From an uncultured Gammaproteobacteria bacterium (GTDB lineage: Bacteria > Patescibacteriota > Patescibacteriia > Patescibacteriales > UBA12465), in assembly GCA_964648205.1 (NCBI GenBank), contig CAZYNT010000010.1, positions 1-24,000 on the forward strand: a stretch of 24,000 bases of DNA. Reading direction: 5' to 3'. Each line of letters starts with the position of its first letter. The first letter of the stretch is position 1. The notes under the pieces are model-generated. The model was not told where the DNA came from. It was given only the letters and a program-made list of their open reading frames with translations, and did no database searches. Below are positions 16,101 through 24,000 of this stretch, piece by piece. Made by a program: the position numbers and the translations under genes.

Positions 16101-17313
16101 ATATGCCGGAATCCAGTTGCGACCAAAGATCCGCTAATTTGTTCCTATCTCGACTGTCAATCTCATAGTAGGGCGAGAAAATCCGATCGTTTACCGCGGA
16201 AATTAAATTCTCAACGTTGATTTTTTTGTTATGGGAAAAAACATTTTCAATCTTTTTTAAATCAACTAGGGATATTTTCGCGGGCCGCTCTTTCTTTTGG
16301 TTATATTCATCCGCTGAAAACGGACCATAACTTACGGGGGTATTACTATGATCTATCACGGCCATAGCATCAGCCGCCACTCTCACTAACTTATCGCCGG
16401 GTTGAATCGGAATATTAGAATAAACTATCTTTTCTAATCTGTCCGATTCTTCTTTTTCAGCCAAAGATAAACTTTCGTTAAGGCGCAAATTACCCTTATC
16501 ATCAGAATATTTGACGATGCCCAGGCTAGGATCGACTTCTTCCTTGTCGAGCTGCCTCTCAGTCAAATTTATGGCGTAACGTAAAAATGCCGAGTTGGTG
16601 CCCGTTTTCATGCTCTGCAATAACAGGCGGAGATTATCCAGCCCTCTTTCAGATGTTCCTGTCCCAGCTGCGTCGGCCGATAATAATTTAATTAAATGGA
16701 TTTCGTCAAATTGCTCGGCAAATGATTTCTTTTTAAAGGTTTCTAAAAATCTGGTAAAATTTTCCTGCCCATATTCCCATGATAAGCTATAAACCAAATC
16801 ATCAACCATGCAGCTGCCGATTTGCCCATAAATTTCCGCCGATCGCGTCGCTTTGGCGGCCAGGCCGAACTTATCTTCTATATCAAGATTAGAACTTAAG
16901 CATGGACTGGAACTAAAATAAATATCTTTAATGACTTTTAAAAACTGGTTAAAATTAGGCTCCTTTTGATTTTCTTCACAAAATTTTAATAATTCGCTAA
17001 TCGTTATTTTATTAGCTTCCCTGATTCGTCCGGCATATTCTTCGTTCGGATTAAATTTTTTGTCCGCCTTGGAAAAATATGAATTAATCTTATCTTCTAA
17101 TTCATAATACTTCCGATAATCATCCACCGGCGCTTGTTCATTATTTTTTAAATAATTATTAAAAAAATCATGGGCTAGCGCTTGCAGCTCATTTTTTTGC
17201 TCCGGGTTCAAAAGACTGTTTTCATCATCTGGTATTTTTGTTTCCCGACTCTTTTGGCTGTTTGGAGCCGTTTTAAAATTATTAAAATCTAAACCCTTTG
17301 TTTCCCTAAACAT
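13123..17313 (-). CDS. Very large orphan protein; C-terminal region resembles a tRNA-dependent cyclodipeptide synthase. Start trimmed to MFRETKG
   Basis: Single ORF of 1403 codons with GGGGAGAG SD-like sequence upstream of ATG at 17313. Residues encoded around 14325-13730 carry the pattern PVGISKDLPSW ... YIGYALEEL ... NEARYD, compared by hand with characterised CDPSs. Confidence 0.9.
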   Translation of the reverse strand: MFRETKGLDFNNFKTAPNSQKSRETKIPDDENSLLNPEQKNELQALAHDFFNNYLKNNEQAPVDDYRKYYELEDKINSYFSKADKKFNPNEEYAGRIREANKITISELLKFCEENQKEPNFNQFLKVIKDIYFSSSPCLSSNLDIEDKFGLAAKATRSAEIYGQIGSCMVDDLVYSLSWEYGQENFTRFLETFKKKSFAEQFDEIHLIKLLSADAAGTGTSERGLDNLRLLLQSMKTGTNSAFLRYAINLTERQLDKEEVDPSLGIVKYSDDKGNLRLNESLSLAEKEESDRLEKIVYSNIPIQPGDKLVRVAADAMAVIDHSNTPVSYGPFSADEYNQKKERPAKISLVDLKKIENVFSHNKKINVENLISAVNDRIFSPYYEIDSRDRNKLADLWSQLDSGISRESWLEFFSNQDKIDQLKDDLRIKRANINAKAKNQNLQATDNFLDYFNTAASKILEAEHNANLQSIWEKFVSGYRQGNSEKAYSAVVDFVSGLNLLKSFDKKNNQPEKLFNGKDVCGQLWLGYEGLKKEHHNNFVAAEKLTAELYESAGSRHAKLLENYERERSLINANFAEVAKGLANKLQTLGRNLKNDALEINFYDYNSLSKDSQMADYINDKETEEISLFLKHMHRPDMEAYINDQVGIDLKEIPFRYQIYLLRFLSENNEERVREIAAFINEAKTEEDKINRIKSFLCLNIDYGIGEAIINLGKKLKPEQINQLLSKVAEINDSSETQDVSRMYQEIFFDKNIDTKRFVRASLSRASNLLTEANIKVNDPATSAVDIDKLVSSFNEELLRSQENLAEFGEMAKKLNEVYRQLGIDVLEGLASPYDDAAEIADDQNFPQMIKDFDEATQTLIRRDFEQHKKFSAERIKEMIEYYRTMAEVESCRPEAIRQVLAELKKEEGSADGETEASAWSEKIKKYHDVLSGPISEEQALYEEAIKKLQQALPLQIALENKMDQLIYGQEETKLPNGFSNFENNEVKPENIPDQAPLYFPVGISKDLPSWEAVFENEKKAAKPIDIYGYLFWLNNQGRKVNLVICDEIQVNNYQVRYGKSESAARQKAGEIGDCEARQYEKIIDTFGLDNIKVQRYQEFLSGNQKDYERYNGIVKNLKESPVFKEAFFAMVQESVSGAEKEEYIGYALEELAWILSTNGTKIGHLNEARYDILGSVIRNFEQVGKEKGFEVLDNPESPEAKVLLNTICKLIRDSINEKKSKLAKGSPSLAYFQRLQDHLGKIKTDSKAGLDKTIKKDSLSLNFVCPEVGSASFGFRGDFEEKESVVKFKEPYSTYFYKNDSDLLVNSDQVVAAGEGLIGGKILTLDNKKQLKYAESVVRPILKHYFANLEKAPAGYFEKIDKSREELLSEAKEATSLLEILRFIQRYIVKPTELN

Positions 17314-17446
17314 AACATTAAATTCTCTCCCCAAAATTAATTAATCCCTTATTTTAAATACTTTTTTATCTAAATTTTATCTAAATATAATAACACATTT
17401 TTACTTTTTTGTAAAGATTTTTAAAAAAATAGGCATTTCCCCAATA

Positions 17447-18469
17447 TTAAAAGCCCAGGTTCTTCTTTACTTGGTTTAACAGAATCTCAGCTCTTTCTTC
17501 ATTATGGCCGAATTTTAAAAACCAATAAGTCGAAGTGCGGATCGCCGTCCAATTATAATATAGATCAATCCGCGCCTGGAGATTAGCATCCATTTCCAGG
17601 CCGGCGGCCGACAAATAACTCCGCAGGAATAATTCTTTCATTTTCGCCGCAAACTCGGCGTCATTCAGCTTTGTCGTTATCTTATAATCCAATTGCTGCA
17701 TGAAAGTGCCGAGATCCCGGGCAAAGTCGCCCAAACACAAATCAGTAAAATCAATCAGCCCTACCCTGTCCGCGGCCGTCTTGATGATATTTTCCGGATG
17801 CGCGTCGCCATGAATTAATTTCAAAGGCTCTCCGGAATCAAAAAATTTTTCTTCTTCAGAAATAAAATGCGCGTATATCTTCTGCAGGCACAGCGTATAT
17901 TTATCGCCATAACGCGCCGACATCTCTTGAAAAATTACTGCCGTTCCGGGGATAACCGTCCGAATTCGGGAATTAATGGGGTTAAAGTTAATTTCCGTTC
18001 CCGAAGGAAGCGCGTGCAATTTGGCGAACAGTTCGGCGGAGGCGACAATAATATCTTCAATCGCCTTGTAGTCCTTCTCTTTAATATAGTAAAGCAAATT
18101 TTCCCCCCTCAAGGCGCGGTAAAAGGTGCCGTTGAAGCGCTCCGAATAAAATAGAGGCCGGGGCAAATCTACGCCGTGGCCGGAAAAATTTTTCTTCCAA
18201 AGATACTTAAGGGCGATATAAACATTTTCCCGCTGTTCTTCGCTGTGTGCCGAACAGACGACGGGAATTTTTTTCTCATCGCCGGCCGGCGTCAAAAAAT
18301 AAACATCGAAACCGATGACCACATGATAAGTTGTTTCCCAGATCATTTTTTTGTACGGCTTTATCGCCACGCGCTTGATATCTTTAAAAACCGGATAAAG
18401 CGGCAGGAGCTTACGTTTAAAATAACCCAGGACGAACTGTTCGTCGAATAAATTTAATATTTTATTCAT
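17447..18469 (-). CDS. Phosphotransferase-fold protein (APH/choline kinase-like)
   Basis: LKLIHGDAHPENIIKTAADRVGLIDFTDLCLGDFARDLG contains the Brenner-type HxDxxxxN motif and the following D of APH-family kinases. Confidence 0.85.
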   Translation of the reverse strand: MNKILNLFDEQFVLGYFKRKLLPLYPVFKDIKRVAIKPYKKMIWETTYHVVIGFDVYFLTPAGDEKKIPVVCSAHSEEQRENVYIALKYLWKKNFSGHGVDLPRPLFYSERFNGTFYRALRGENLLYYIKEKDYKAIEDIIVASAELFAKLHALPSGTEINFNPINSRIRTVIPGTAVIFQEMSARYGDKYTLCLQKIYAHFISEEEKFFDSGEPLKLIHGDAHPENIIKTAADRVGLIDFTDLCLGDFARDLGTFMQQLDYKITTKLNDAEFAAKMKELFLRSYLSAAGLEMDANLQARIDLYYNWTAIRTSTYWFLKFGHNEERAEILLNQVKKNLGF

Positions 18470-19637
18470 ATTGTTTTTTCCAGTGTTTTTTCCAGTGCTC
18501 TTCCCAGATCATTTTTTTTATCTTCAGATAATACCTTTCCGCCTCCAGCTTCTTCTTCTTGGTTTTTACGTCATAAAGCGAACGGACGCTGCGGATTAGG
18601 TCTTCCAAGCCGCGTTCGATATCATCGGGGCTCCAAGTATAGGGGCCGAAAAGTTTTGAAAAATCGCGGGCGCTCGCCCACCAGAATGTACAGCTCGCGA
18701 GACCCCGCGCCAGATGCCAGCGATACCAATAATAATTCTTATCTTTTTTGTATTTGGCCTCCAACTCTAAGGAAAGATTAGCTAGGCGCCAGAGATAGAT
18801 CTGAATCTTATTTTTTTTATTCTGCCACAGAAAATAAGCCTGGTTATTTTTTATTTCTCCGGCCGTAGACTCCCAAGAGGAGAGATAAATTTTTATTTTG
18901 GCCGCTTTCTTTCTGGATATTTTATTCAACCAAGCGGACAGCGTCATGGTTTTAAGCCCCCGGCTCTTCACGATTTTTTCTATCTCCCCAGTCGGGTCTT
19001 CATGGCGCAAGCCATACAATTCGGCATCGGTCGCGCTCAAGCGAACCGTTTCTTCTTTCAATAAAGCAAATAATTTGTCGGGTGGATAAGCATTCGATAC
19101 TTCCCGCTGGCGGAAGATGACTTTTAGCCCGCTCGCCTCATCAATATACGGGCGGTTGAGTTCCGGTTTTTCCTTGCCGCCGCCGCTATAAGAAATCTCG
19201 TCTAAAATAATCCATTGGTATCCCAGTTTTTTCACAATCTTGGCCACCGCCGGCGAATAAGCCATTTCAGGCAGAAAAAAACCGGCCGGCTTGAAATTTT
19301 TGCCGAATATCTTTTTTAAAATCTTCTCGTTTTCTTTTATCTGCCGGATTACTTCCCGCTCAGGCAGAAGCGGCAAAAAGCCATGATAATGGGCGGAACC
19401 GGTCAATTCTACCCTCCCTTTTTTCACTAAAAATTTAAGGCGCTCGATAAAAGCTTTTTCTTTAGCCTCTTCCAGGCGCTCAAGCAGGCAGCCGCTGACA
19501 TTGAAAGTCATTTTAATTTCCGGATGCTCCTCCATCAGGCGGATCAAGCGCCAATAGCTTTTGTCCAGCGCCTTGCGAATATTATAAAATTCGGCGTTAG
19601 CGGGCTGATAAAAATGCAAAAAATTAATCCAGGTCAT
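18462..19637 (-). CDS. Glycoside hydrolase family 57-like (alpha-amylase/branching-type) protein
   Basis: INFLHFYQPAN, MTFNVSGCLLERL, KGRVELTGSAHYHGFLPLL and FFLPEMAYSPAVAKIVKKLGYQWIILDE are characteristic of GH57 N-terminal domains. Confidence 0.88.
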   Translation of the reverse strand: MTWINFLHFYQPANAEFYNIRKALDKSYWRLIRLMEEHPEIKMTFNVSGCLLERLEEAKEKAFIERLKFLVKKGRVELTGSAHYHGFLPLLPEREVIRQIKENEKILKKIFGKNFKPAGFFLPEMAYSPAVAKIVKKLGYQWIILDEISYSGGGKEKPELNRPYIDEASGLKVIFRQREVSNAYPPDKLFALLKEETVRLSATDAELYGLRHEDPTGEIEKIVKSRGLKTMTLSAWLNKISRKKAAKIKIYLSSWESTAGEIKNNQAYFLWQNKKNKIQIYLWRLANLSLELEAKYKKDKNYYWYRWHLARGLASCTFWWASARDFSKLFGPYTWSPDDIERGLEDLIRSVRSLYDVKTKKKKLEAERYYLKIKKMIWEEHWKKHWKKQYE

Positions 19638-19642
19638 AAATT

Positions 19643-21100
19643 TTAGTCTTTAATGACTCTCTTATAGAGCTCGATATATTTTCGGGCGGGGATTTCCCAG
19701 CTTGTCGAGCGCTTCATCGCCCGCTTCACCAGGCTTTCCCAAACTTTTTTATGCTTATAATTTTCCAACGCCCGGATAATCGTCGCGTAAAATAAAATTT
19801 CGTCTTCAGTTTTAAAAGTAAAGCCGGTTCCTTTACCGGTTGCCGGGTTGAAATCTTCAACGGTGTCATATAAGCCGCCGATTTCGCGGACGACGGGGAT
19901 GCAGCCATAGCGCATCGCAATCAGCTGGTTAATCCCGCACGGCTCATGATTTGAGGGCAGAAGAAACAAATCGGCGGCCGCATAAAGCAGGCTCTCTTTC
20001 TTCTGATCGAAGGGCAGCCAGACGATTTTGGCGCTATTTTTTTTCTGCAGCTTTTTGATGGGCTGGATATATTCTTTGCTGCCATCGCCCAAAAAAACGA
20101 GCTGGATGTCTAGTTTCAAGAGAGCGTCGATGATTTTCAAAATCAAATTAAATCCCTTTTGGAAAGTAACCCGCGAAGTTGTACATAGTATCGGCACGTC
20201 TTTATTGACCGGCAACCCGATATTTTTCTGGAGAAATTTTTTATTTTCAGCTTTAGTGCTTAATTTATTGAACGAATAGCGGCGGTGCAAATCTTTGTCT
20301 TTCTCCGGGTTATAGGTATTATAATCAATTCCGTTGATGATGCCGAATAAGCGGCCGGAGCGATTCTTCAAAATGCGCTGCAAATCCTGGCCGAATTTCT
20401 TGGTCATTATTTCTTCGCGGTACTGCTCGCTGACCGTATTGATTATATCGGCGGACAGGATGGCGCGCTTGGCGAAATTTATATCTTCAAGGCGGGGATC
20501 GCTTAAATGCGGAATCCGGCTGCGCCCGTAATCTCTGCGCGCCAAAGGAATCTCCCACCAATTATGCCCGAGCTGAAAAATCAAATTATGAATCGTAAAA
20601 ACAGTTTTCGCTTTCTTTAGGGTTTTAGAATAACGGAAATCAGTTTTTAAATAATAAGGAATGAGGCCAGTCTGCCAATCATGGCAATGAATAATGTCGG
20701 CCGAAAATTTCAACAAAGACAGCAGCTTTAAAGCGGCGACATTAAATATCAAAAAGCGGGCATTTTCATGAGCCGACCCGTAAATTCTTTTATGCTTGGA
20801 AAAAAAAGTCTTATTTTCAACGAAATAGACGGGCAGGCCTTTCATCAAATAGCCCCGCCAAAAATTAACCCTGACCTTTTCTTGCGAATTAAGGATTAAA
20901 TTAACGTTTTCAAAAATTAATTCCAAATTATGCTCCTTTTTATTAATGGTGCGCCCGTAAAGCGGCGTAATTAAAATAACTTCATGGCCTAACCTGCTTA
21001 AGGCTTTAGGCAGGCTGCGGCTGACATCGCCAAGCCCGCCCGTCTTTGAAAACGGAGCAACCTCGGAGGCGATATGCACAATCTTTAATTTTTTGGGCAT
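19643..21100 (-). CDS. glgA: Glycogen/starch synthase (GT5)
   Basis: IASEVAPFSKTGGLGDVSRSLPKAL, HCHDWQTGLIPYYL, VFTIHNLIFQG-like, MPSNHEPCG-like (LLPSNHEPCGINQLIAMRYG). Confidence 0.95.
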   Translation of the reverse strand: MPKKLKIVHIASEVAPFSKTGGLGDVSRSLPKALSRLGHEVILITPLYGRTINKKEHNLELIFENVNLILNSQEKVRVNFWRGYLMKGLPVYFVENKTFFSKHKRIYGSAHENARFLIFNVAALKLLSLLKFSADIIHCHDWQTGLIPYYLKTDFRYSKTLKKAKTVFTIHNLIFQLGHNWWEIPLARRDYGRSRIPHLSDPRLEDINFAKRAILSADIINTVSEQYREEIMTKKFGQDLQRILKNRSGRLFGIINGIDYNTYNPEKDKDLHRRYSFNKLSTKAENKKFLQKNIGLPVNKDVPILCTTSRVTFQKGFNLILKIIDALLKLDIQLVFLGDGSKEYIQPIKKLQKKNSAKIVWLPFDQKKESLLYAAADLFLLPSNHEPCGINQLIAMRYGCIPVVREIGGLYDTVEDFNPATGKGTGFTFKTEDEILFYATIIRALENYKHKKVWESLVKRAMKRSTSWEIPARKYIELYKRVIKD

Positions 21101-21573
21101 AACCGGCAGCTTAAACCGCAGATAGCGACGGCCAGAGCGTCCGCCGCATCATCCGGTTTGGGCAGTTCTTTTAAATTAAGGATGAGTTTGACCATTTTTT
21201 GGACTTGCAATTTAGAGGCCTGTCCGTAAGCCGAGACGGCCGACTTAACTTGCGAAGGGGTGTAGTCAACAATGGTCAATTTGTTTTGTTTGAGAGTCAA
21301 GAGAACGACGCCGCGGGCCTGGCCGACAATCAGAGCCGTGCGGACGTTCTTATTAAAAAATAATTGTTCAATCGCGGCTAAATCCGGCCGGTACTTTTTA
21401 ATAATTTTATCGAGGGCGCGATGTAAAATATCCAAGCGCGATATTAAATCTAATTTCGCGTCAGTTTTAATCGAGCCGTAAGTGAGGCAGGTTAATTTGC
21501 TTCCCTCCGATTTAATCACGCCGTAGCCGGTGTCGGCGATTCCCGGATCAATTCCTAAAATAATTTTCGCCAT
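21085..21573 (-). CDS. ruvC: Crossover junction endodeoxyribonuclease RuvC
   Basis: ILGIDPGIADTGYGVI, LAAIEQLFFNKNVRTALIVGQARGVVLL, and VKSAVSAYGQASKLQVQKMV with KPDDAADALAVAICG. Confidence 0.97.
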   Translation of the reverse strand: MAKIILGIDPGIADTGYGVIKSEGSKLTCLTYGSIKTDAKLDLISRLDILHRALDKIIKKYRPDLAAIEQLFFNKNVRTALIVGQARGVVLLTLKQNKLTIVDYTPSQVKSAVSAYGQASKLQVQKMVKLILNLKELPKPDDAADALAVAICGLSCRLCPKN

Positions 21574-21584
21574 AAGAAGCGGCT

Positions 21585-22304
21585 TTATAATAAATTAGTA
21601 TAATAGTCACTAACATCTTCATTCGCTTCCAGCTCTTCCATAAATTTATCTAATTTCGCCTTATCTTCGGCGTTAAGCTCCATTTTTTCTTTGGCAACAT
21701 ACTCGATTTCAGCCGCTTCTATTTTCAGGCTTTTCGCTTCTAAAAAATCTCTGATTCTTTGCAAATCCCTGATTTCCGTTTGGATTGTAATGCCCTCTTC
21801 TTCTTTCTGGAAATCAACAATATTTTGGTCAATTAATTCCAATTCCAGATCTTCACCGCTCATTTTTTTCCCTTTGATCTCTTCGCTTGAAATTCTGATG
21901 ACGCCTAACTGGGAAAAATTCCATAAAACAGAGCCGAAGGCGCCGCCGATTTTGGTAAACGAATGGCGGACGGTCGAACCGCTGCGGTTTTTATTGTCGG
22001 TCAAACATTTAACCACAATTTGGATTCCGGGCGGGATTATGCCTTCATAATATAATTCTTCAACCGTGGCTCCCGAGAGTTCGCCGGTTCCTTTTTTAAT
22101 CGCGCGCTCAATGTTATCTTTGGGCATACTCGCGTCTCGAGCGCGATCAATGGCGGCGCGCAACGATGGATTCGCGTTCGGATCGCCGCCCTTGCGCGCG
22201 GCAATCGTAATAATATTGGCCAGTTTTGTAAAAACAGCCCCGCGTTTAGCGTCGACTAATTCTTTTTGACGATGGGTTGTCGCCCATTTTGAGTGTCCAG
22301 ACAT
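21585..22304 (-). CDS. yebC: YebC/PmpR family transcriptional/translational regulator
   Basis: MSGHSKWATTHRQKELVDAKRGAVFTKLANIITIAARKGGDPNANPSLRAAIDRARDASMPKDNIERAIKKG. Confidence 0.97.
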   Translation of the reverse strand: MSGHSKWATTHRQKELVDAKRGAVFTKLANIITIAARKGGDPNANPSLRAAIDRARDASMPKDNIERAIKKGTGELSGATVEELYYEGIIPPGIQIVVKCLTDNKNRSGSTVRHSFTKIGGAFGSVLWNFSQLGVIRISSEEIKGKKMSGEDLELELIDQNIVDFQKEEEGITIQTEIRDLQRIRDFLEAKSLKIEAAEIEYVAKEKMELNAEDKAKLDKFMEELEANEDVSDYYTNLL

Positions 22305-22344
22305 AAAATAAATTCATAAATAATCATTTTTATCCTACCGTAAA

Positions 22345-22373
22345 TTGAAATAAAAATCAAGATGAATTATAAT
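22345..22373 (+). promoter_or_regulatory. Promoter for the SIS-domain gene
   Basis: TTGAAA-17 nt-TATAAT upstream of ATG 22402. Confidence 0.7.
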
Positions 22374-22401
22374 AAAAACATAAGTAAAATAAAGCAAAAA
22401 T

Positions 22402-23319
22402 ATGAATTACAATAATTTGCCGAATCTTGATGAAACCGTTATCAGTGCTCTTGATTTTTTTATTAAAAATAAGCCGCCGCGCCTTAACCTTAAGCCGTTT
22501 TCCCTCCCCTTGGTCGTCGGTAGCGGCAACGCTTTCAATACGGCGCGAATCATCTTTTCCGGTCGGCCGGCGATTATCGGAAACGAAAGCAATTTCAAAA
22601 AAATCTTGAACGGCTATAAAAAATTAATCAAAAATAAAATAATAGATCGCGCCGTTATTATTTCGGCCTCGGGGGAAAAAGATTCCGTTTGGGAAGTAGG
22701 TGCCGCTAAAAAAAGCGGCCTAAAGACAACTCTTCTCACCTGTCAGGCGGAGTCAACCGCCGCCAAATCGGCGGATCAAGTTATTGTCTACAAAAAATTG
22801 CCGGAGCCGTATACTTATAACGTTTCGACCTATCTTGGAATAATTTTGTCCGCGGGCCGCGAAGAAGCGCGCAACATTAAAGAATATCTATTAAAATTAA
22901 AACTAACCAAAAATCTTAAAAAATATACCAGCTATTCCTTCATTCTGCCCGATGAATTTTCGGCGGTCGCGCCCATGCTGGAAATAAAAAGAGATGAATT
23001 GTTCGGTTCGCATGTCTTGTTGCGCGCTTTCAGCTTCGGCGAAGCCAGGCACGCAAAATTCGTCAATAATTCAGACAAAGAGCTGGTTATCAGCTTCGGA
23101 AAAAATAAATATTTCGGCCAGAGACAAAACCGCCTGGAAATAAAAATTCCAAAAAATGCGGGGAGTGGCTTTATGATGGCGCTGGGCTATTACTTGATCG
23201 GCAGAATCCAGGGCGTTAAACCCGCTTTTTTCAAAAAAAACATCGCCGCTTTCTGTAAAAACGGACCCAAAGCTTTTAGTAGTAATAAACCATTCGACGT
23301 AATCGTCGCTGGAAATTAG
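22402..23319 (+). CDS. SIS (sugar isomerase) domain protein
   Basis: VVGSGNAFNTARIIF, RAVIISASGEKDSVWEVGAAKKSGLKTTLLTC and ADQVIVYKKLPEPYTYNVSTYLG match the SIS fold pattern. Confidence 0.75.
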   Translation: MNYNNLPNLDETVISALDFFIKNKPPRLNLKPFSLPLVVGSGNAFNTARIIFSGRPAIIGNESNFKKILNGYKKLIKNKIIDRAVIISASGEKDSVWEVGAAKKSGLKTTLLTCQAESTAAKSADQVIVYKKLPEPYTYNVSTYLGIILSAGREEARNIKEYLLKLKLTKNLKKYTSYSFILPDEFSAVAPMLEIKRDELFGSHVLLRAFSFGEARHAKFVNNSDKELVISFGKNKYFGQRQNRLEIKIPKNAGSGFMMALGYYLIGRIQGVKPAFFKKNIAAFCKNGPKAFSSNKPFDVIVAGN

Positions 23320-23350
23320 AAAAATTTGCTGAAATAAAACAAAAAACAAT

Positions 23351-23378
23351 AAAAGTCCTTATTGATAAGGGCTTTTTT
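23351..23378. terminator. Bidirectional terminator between convergent genes
   Basis: AAAAGTCCTTAT-TG-ATAAGGGCTTTTTT: near-perfect stem with T tract on the plus strand and A-rich flank giving a T tract on the minus strand. Confidence 0.75.
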
Positions 23379-23393
23379 AATTGTCTTTATCTT

Positions 23394-24000
23394 TTAACGT
23401 CCCTGTTTTTTAACTTCGGCCGTTACCGCCTTAATTTTTTTATTGTCGCCCAGATAATAACGCCGGATCGGCTTCAAGCGCTTATTAAATTCGTAGACCA
23501 GGGGAATGCCATAAGGGATGTTTAGCTCCCCGACTTGAGCTACTGATAATTTGTCTAAATGCTTAGCCAGCGCCCGCAAAGTATTACCCGAAGACGCAAT
23601 AATAATCAGATGGCCCTTTTTTATTTCCGGCGTAATCTTTTCGCGCCAAAGCGCCCTGACCCGTTTTTCCACGTCTTTCAGGCTCTCGCCGCCCGGCGGT
23701 GTCGCGCTATAACCGCGGCGCCATAAATTAAATTGTTTCTCACCGTATTTTTTTCTGATTGCTTCTTTGCTCTGGCCTTGCAAATCGCCGTAATGCCGTT
23801 CATTCAGGCGCCAATCCGGCTTAATCGTTATGCCCTTCAATTTCATCTCCGTTAAAACCAATTCTAAGGTTTTCTGCGCTCTTTTTAGTTCCGAAGTAAA
23901 CGCGTAATCAAAAATAAATTTTTTGGCTTTCAGTATTTTTCCCGCCGCTTGCGACTCCTGGCGTCCGCGCGGACTTAAATTTACGTCCGTCCAGCCGGTA
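23394..24000 (-). CDS. gpmA: 2,3-bisphosphoglycerate-dependent phosphoglycerate mutase, 5' end outside the window
   Basis: Hand reading past the supplied ORF start gives TGWTDVNLSPRGRQESQAAGKILKAKKFIFDYAFTSELKRAQKTLELVLTEMKLKG, continuous with DWRLNERHYGDLQGQSKEAIRKKYGEKQFNLWRRGYSATPPGGESL. The track's MVLTEM start is an internal TTG. Confidence 0.93.
   Translation of the reverse strand, partial: TGWTDVNLSPRGRQESQAAGKILKAKKFIFDYAFTSELKRAQKTLELVLTEMKLKGITIKPDWRLNERHYGDLQGQSKEAIRKKYGEKQFNLWRRGYSATPPGGESLKDVEKRVRALWREKITPEIKKGHLIIIASSGNTLRALAKHLDKLSVAQVGELNIPYGIPLVYEFNKRLKPIRRYYLGDNKKIKAVTAEVKKQGR

Noticed and set aside
1-24000. CRISPR arrays, tRNA or rRNA genes, transposases, group II intron domain V.
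   Set aside because: No regularly spaced direct repeats, no T-arm GTTCRANNC with a valid cloverleaf, no transposase or reverse transcriptase motifs found by eye on either strand.

Overview
This 24 kb window looks like a small-genome bacterial chromosome, with a CPR/Patescibacteria-like gene style (inference). The right side is ordinary: a minus-strand run yebC-ruvC-glgA-GH57-phosphotransferase, a SIS-domain protein, and a gpmA that runs off the right edge. The left side has ftsK and a CDF cation transporter. Between them (about 3.8-12.2 kb) is an accessory region rich in structured non-coding DNA. It holds a DEAH/DExH-type RNA helicase, a protein with a DHH motif, and several orphan genes. 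Main observations: (1) a near-complete type III hammerhead ribozyme on the minus strand at 10419-10480, between two of the accessory genes. (2) A recurring hairpin with a GUUCA-type loop 3' of four accessory genes, followed by a second structure that is a long imperfect stem in three cases and the hammerhead in the fourth. (3) Covarying stem / inner-hairpin elements just upstream of four accessory gene starts. (4) A roughly 1.3 kb ORF-poor structured region with a very good promoter, a terminator and four CTCTCTCC motifs. (5) A 1.4k-residue orphan protein, convergent with a TrmB-family regulator, whose C-terminal part resembles a tRNA-dependent cyclodipeptide synthase by motif and spacing. All RNA folds and motif alignments were done by eye and need computation.
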